DNA of 63,993 nt, the filler included, from Gonapodya sp. JEL0774 (Eukaryota), in assembly GCA_027604505.1 (NCBI GenBank). It is 3 parts of 3 records of this genome, joined end to end, with 100 filler letters (N's around TTAATTAATTAA, not from the genome) between each part and the next. Parts side by side here need not be neighbours in the genome. Positions count along the whole stretch, not along the records: positions 53,967 to 63,993 come from JADIIX010000396.1; 2 more parts are not named here. One strand, given 5' to 3'. Every line of letters begins with the position of its first letter. Position 1 is the stretch's first letter. The notes under the pieces were generated by a model. That model was not told the DNA's origin. It searched no databases and saw nothing but the letters and a program-made list of their open reading frames with translations. The position numbers and the translations under genes were made by a program. Shown one piece after another: positions 62,619-63,993 of this stretch.

Positions 62619-62758
62619 ATCGCACGATCGTCGCACATTCGTCGCATACATACATACTAACAAGGATTTTGGACACTTTTGGACAATCGTGGAATCGCTC
62701 TTCCCCCTCGTATTTCTCCTCTGTCACTGCAACACCATTGAAACAAACGCCTGCCATC

Positions 62759-62945
62759 ATGGCAAACAAATTCACACCCAACGATGTACTGAAATGGGTC
62801 ACTGATACGTTGACCAAAACAAAAAAATTGTCCAAGTATTGTGATTGGGCGTACGAATTTGAAAACACTTTGGAATTGACAGGAAATGTGGAACACATCA
62901 AGGGAGTCTGCCAGGCGGACAATCCTTTCATTGATATTATCTTTA
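62759..62945 (+). pseudogene. Short ORF fragment resembling a Ty1/copia Gag N-terminus, interrupted at ~62945
   Basis: LSKYCDWAYEFENTLELTGNVEHIKG resembles the Y-x2-W...L...HI.G pattern; it is followed abruptly by a purine-rich, repeat-bearing segment. Confidence 0.3.
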
Positions 62946-63218
62946 GAGGGAAAGAGGGGAAAACGTCGAAGGGCAGGGGAAACTTTCCCGGAGAGAGCGC
63001 TTTCCCGTGGTGTGGGCTGCGACCGAGTTTCCCGCTGGTTTCCTGCTGAGAATTACCCAAATGTTACCCAAAATTACCCACCAATCGTGGCTTTTTCGAC
63101 TCAAAAACCTTCAAAGAAACGCCGAAACCCAGTGTTTCAAGCAATCTTCCCATGCCGCCGTCACCTCTCCCCAATCGACGTCACCAGCGGACAAAACGGT
63201 CAAACCGAGTCTCTCCTG

Positions 63219-63993
63219 ATGTTGCTGCGGCGTCGGGGGCACTGGATGCAGCAATGAGCAAAGTGATAGGGAAATCAACTCGAGAACTGACTCGTAAACA
63301 CTATCGCTAGTGAGTTATGGGTTTCAACATTGGTGTACGCGGATGGTGTTCACCACGTTATACTGCAACCAGTGACCAGCTTCGATTCCTGCGCTTTCTC
63401 CTCAAAGACCTTGAAAAGGACTACGGAGAGAATGAAAACCTCTGGTCCCTCACTGCGGAAAGGGTGCTGGATAATCCATCAACACTCGCTGAATTCATCG
63501 ATTCCAAAATGCCAAATCACGTTGTGGCCTTCTTGATCTACCTTTGCGACCCAAATTTAGGAGGATGTATGGTGGGTTTCTCCTGAGAAGGTCGAACATT
63601 TTGCATGTTGATCCCAATTCACCACTCGTCAACAGCCTCCCTCTGCCCTCTCAGCAGAGTCTGCAATATCAAAACCGCTAACAAACGTTGGCGGCCGCTT
63701 CTGCGGTGACTGGTGTGATGAGGGCGATGGGAAAGTGGGAGGTAATGCGACATATAGCTCTGTGGTTCGTGAATGTGCGAAGGTGAGCACACTCCTGGAA
63801 ACTTTGCTCTTTGTCCACCCGTGGCTTACTTAGTATATTAAATTGAAAGGGAATTCAGGTCGCTGCGTCTGAGAAGGATTGTGAAGTTCCTATGGTGTTG
63901 GACATAATGCCATAAGTATTTGTATATGGCGCAGACTTGGTCTATGGGACATTTGGGAGTCTTGGTGAAATGGGGTGTGTTTCGTAATCATGA
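63219..63993 (+). pseudogene. Probable second, degenerate tyrosine-recombinase N-terminal region, cut by the window end
   Basis: TRELTRKHYR|...FLRFL; NIKTANKRW; GDWCDEGDGKVGGNATYSSVVRECAK|GIQ, which parallels W...GNPAYSPEVK|GLI; in-frame stops and a frameshift are present. Confidence 0.4.

Noticed and set aside
1..63993. CRISPR arrays, tRNA or rRNA genes
   Set aside because: No regularly spaced repeat-spacer array or recognisable structural RNA was seen.

Overview
Intron-rich, GC-rich eukaryotic DNA with a fungal gene set (an early-diverging fungus is plausible but is inference). The window is three unrelated scaffolds joined by artificial N44-TTAATTAATTAA-N44 linkers. Scaffold A (1-26989) has ~820-bp inverted repeats at both ends and carries SWP1/RPN2, GRX3/4, a hemerythrin-like gene between ~140-bp direct repeats, SPT23/MGA2, a zinc-knuckle/TPR/nucleotidyltransferase-like gene and ATG9. 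Scaffold B (27090-53866) is housekeeping: D-amino-acid oxidase, arginase, IML1/DEPDC5, GH114, an SH3 protein, SMC4, DBP3, NDUFA1 and CDC27. Scaffold C (53967-end) is the notable part: an apparent mobile-element region with an intron-containing serine recombinase (resolvase family, catalytic YARMS in a separate first exon), an intron-split Crypton-like tyrosine recombinase with a complete R-K-HxxR-H-Y motif set, an unknown gene between them, two probable tyrosine-recombinase relics, and a perfect 14-8-14 loxP/FRT-like inverted repeat. Neither recombinase appears as a complete protein in the ORF track because introns split the motifs. Exon structures were reconstructed by eye and are approximate.
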